From assembly GCF_044704955.1 (NCBI RefSeq), contig NC_091994.1:33480001-33544000 (forward strand): a DNA stretch of 64,000 bases. Direction: 5' to 3'. How positions within the stretch are numbered: the first letter of the stretch is position 1; every line of letters starts with the position of its first letter. Below the pieces are notes generated by a model that searched no databases, had not been told where the DNA came from, and saw only the letters and a program-made list of their open reading frames with translations. Of the stretch, positions 62,230 to 64,000 are shown one piece after another. This DNA comes from Pristiophorus japonicus. Taxonomy: Eukaryota. The translations under genes were made by a program, and so were the position numbers.

Positions 62230-64000
62230 AATTGACCAGGAATGCTCATGAGAACAGATTGGCAGCTAACATAAAAGGGAATCCAAATGTTTTCTGTAGG
62301 CATATAAATAATAAATGGGTCGTAAGAGGAGGGGTGGGGCCGATTAGGAATCAAAAAGGATATCTATGCTTGGAGGCAGAGAGCATGGTTGAGGTTTTTT
62401 TCATCAGTCATGGAATGTGGGCATCATTGGCAAGGTCAGCATTTATTGCCCATCCCTAATTGCCCTTGAGAAAGTCACATTGAGCCACCTTTTTGAAACA
62501 ACTGGCTTGCTAGGCCATTTCTGAGGGTGCCTAAGAGTCAACCACATTGTTGTGGGTCTGGATTCACAACAGGTAAGACCAGGTAAGGGCAACAGATTTC
62601 CTTCCCTCAAGGAATTAGGGAACCAGGTGAGTTTTTACAACAATCTAGTAGTTTCATGGTCACCATTACTGACAGTAGTTTTTAAAAATTCCAGATTTAC
62701 TTAATTGAATTTAAATTCCATAGCTGCGGTGTCAGAACTTGAACTCATGTATCTGAATCTTTCGTCATGTCCTTTGGATTACTAATCCAATGACATAACC
62801 ACTAAGCTACCATACTAAATGAGTACTTTGCATCAGTCTTAACAAGGAAGAAGATGCTGCCAAAGTCACCTGGCTGGCCATAATCCTCCAATCCTCCTTA
62901 GATACGGGGTTGGTGCCAAAAGACTGGCAAATTGCAAATGTTACATCCTTGTTCAAAAAAGGGTATAAGAATAAATCCAGCAATTACAGACCAGTCAGTT
63001 TAACCTCGCTCATGGGAAAGCTTTTAGAAACGATTATCCAGGACAAAATTAACAGTTACTTGGACAAGTGTGAATAATTAAGGAAAGCCAGCATGGATTT
63101 GTTGAAGGCAAATCGTGTTTAACCAACTTGATTGAGTTTTTTGACGAGGTAACAGAGGGTTGATGAGGGCAATGCGGTTGATGTGATGCACATGGACTTC
63201 CAAAAGGCATTTGATAAAGTGCCATATAATAGGCTTGCCAGCAAAGTTGAAACCCATGGAATAAAAGGGACAGTGGTAGCATAGATACAAAATTGGCTAA
63301 ATGACAGGAAACAGAGAGTAGTGGTGAACAGTTGTTTTTCGGACTGGAGGAAGGTATACAGTGGTGTTCCCCAGGGTTGGTTCTAGGACCACTGCTTTTT
63401 GGGATATATATTAATGACTTGGACTTAGGTGTACAGGGCACAATTACAAAATTTGCACATGACACAAAACTTGGAAGTATAGTGAACAGTGAGAAGGATA
63501 GGGATAGACTTCAAGAGGACATAGATAGGCTGGTGGAATGGGCAAACACGTGGCAGATAAAATTTAACACAGAAAAGTGTGAAGTGATACATTTTGGTAG
63601 GAAGAATGAGGAGAGGCAATATAAACTAAAGGGTACAATTCTAAAGTAGGTGCAGGAACAGAGAGCCCTGGGGGTATATGTGCACAAATCATTGAAGGTG
63701 GCAGGGCAGGTTGAGAAAGCGGTTATAAAAGCATACGATGGTTGATGGGTATGTTTGTGACTGGAAGGATGATTCCAGTGGGGTTTCGCAGGGTTCAGTA
63801 TTAGGTCCCTTGCTTTTTGTGATATACATCAATGATCCAGACTTGAATATAGGGGGTATGATTAAGAAGTTTGCAGATGATACTAAAATCGGCTGTGTGG
63901 TTGATAATGAAGACTGCAGGAAGATATCAATGAACTGGTCAGGTGGGCAGAACAGTGGAAAATGGAATTTAATCCAGAGAAGTGTCAGGTAATGCATTTG
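62230..64000 (+). mobile_element. Degenerate CR1 RT fragments with interspersed SINE-like sequence
   Basis: NYRPVSLTS, DFQKAFDKV, VLGPLLF.IYINDL, KFAHDTK / KFADDTK motifs with frameshifts. Confidence 0.78.

Noticed and set aside
62050-62230. Minus-strand segment ending in a good donor (AGAG|GTATGT ~62058), considered as a pinhead exon
   Set aside because: No frame gives a convincing pinhead cysteine pattern and the upstream side runs into CR1; a TBLASTN search would be needed

Overview
Eukaryotic, repeat-rich vertebrate genomic DNA. The repeat content (CR1, RTE, L2, Tx1, Gypsy, Harbinger, Deu-type SINEs) and an intact ADMP gene suggest a cartilaginous fish; this is inference. Three spliced genes can be assembled by hand with canonical GT-AG junctions and continuous frames: a NIM1-type Ser/Thr kinase (- strand, 3 coding exons, 436 aa), POLE4 (+ strand, 4 coding exons, 126 aa) and ADMP, a BMP-family ligand (- strand, 5 exons, 382 aa). 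Most other sequence is transposon-derived and often nested several levels deep. The most unusual element is a 361-bp poly(A)-tailed retroposon at 32141-32501 built from U2 and U1 snRNA pieces (a SINEU-like chimera), inserted in a CR1 ORF2 whose frame is restored when it is excised. Also notable: an ~89% identical inverted repeat spanning the kinase start codon and first donor, and a candidate bidirectional POLE4/kinase promoter. There is one assembly gap (14436-14581). All family assignments come from motif recognition, not database searches.
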